IMG/VR virus record: IMGVR_UViG_3300049218_000295
Coordinates: 104,949-168,948 of that record
Reading direction: 5' to 3' (one strand)
Length of the DNA stretch: 64,000 bases
Origin: a virus
In this document: one piece after another, positions 63,919-64,000 of the stretch
Position numbering within the stretch: position 1 is the stretch's first letter
Layout: the number at the start of each line of letters is the position of its first letter
Made by a program: the position numbers and the translations under genes
Notes under the pieces: generated by a model
What the model was told of the DNA's origin: nothing
Seen by the model: the letters and a program-made list of their open reading frames with translations, nothing else
Databases searched by the model: none

Positions 63919-64000
63919 AGAATTACAGGCTCGAGGGACGCTCCACTAATGGAGCTTCAAGTAGAGCCAAAACAAGGAGTCCGAAATGAGTAAACCCAAC

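Noticed and set aside
1-64000. Genome-wide TAG reassignment (code 15)
   Set aside because: Long genes are intact under code 11 and recognisable proteins end at TAG at their expected C-termini.

Overview
A 64-kb segment of a large (jumbo-type) tailed dsDNA phage genome, standard genetic code. The left end (1-8 kb) holds virion-structural genes around a tubulin/FtsZ-family GTPase. An early-promoter block follows (MoxR/RavA AAA ATPase, VWA partner). A long accessory region then carries 29 tRNA genes I could fold by eye, all on the minus strand between 8.7 and 56 kb, interleaved with RNA-repair/translation genes (Rnl2-type ligase, Thg1-like, two Pth2-like, cyclic-phosphate receiver domain, HAD phosphatases, AlaRS-like fragment), stress genes (SOD, Hsp20, ferritin-like, 2OG oxygenases), tail-collar paralogs, homing-type endonucleases and orphan antitoxin domains. 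The most striking unannotated signal is at 44.2-50.3 kb: six copies of a covarying RNA scaffold (GCYACUCU..stem..UUCAUC..cargo..stem..UAYAGURGC) carrying variable cargo, including circularly permuted tRNA elbows (Y-RNA/YrlA-like). A seventh copy appears split around a 1.4-kb two-gene insert, and several other tRNA mimics and structured RNAs lie nearby. Also notable: two tandem amber-suppressor tRNAs, an amber-interrupted leader ORF ending Pro-Pro-stop upstream of a Pth2-like operon, swapped tRNA variable-arm classes, and a TTATYTT-N6-ATG leaderless promoter class marking probable virion-packaged enzymes. All calls were made by eye; no searches were run.
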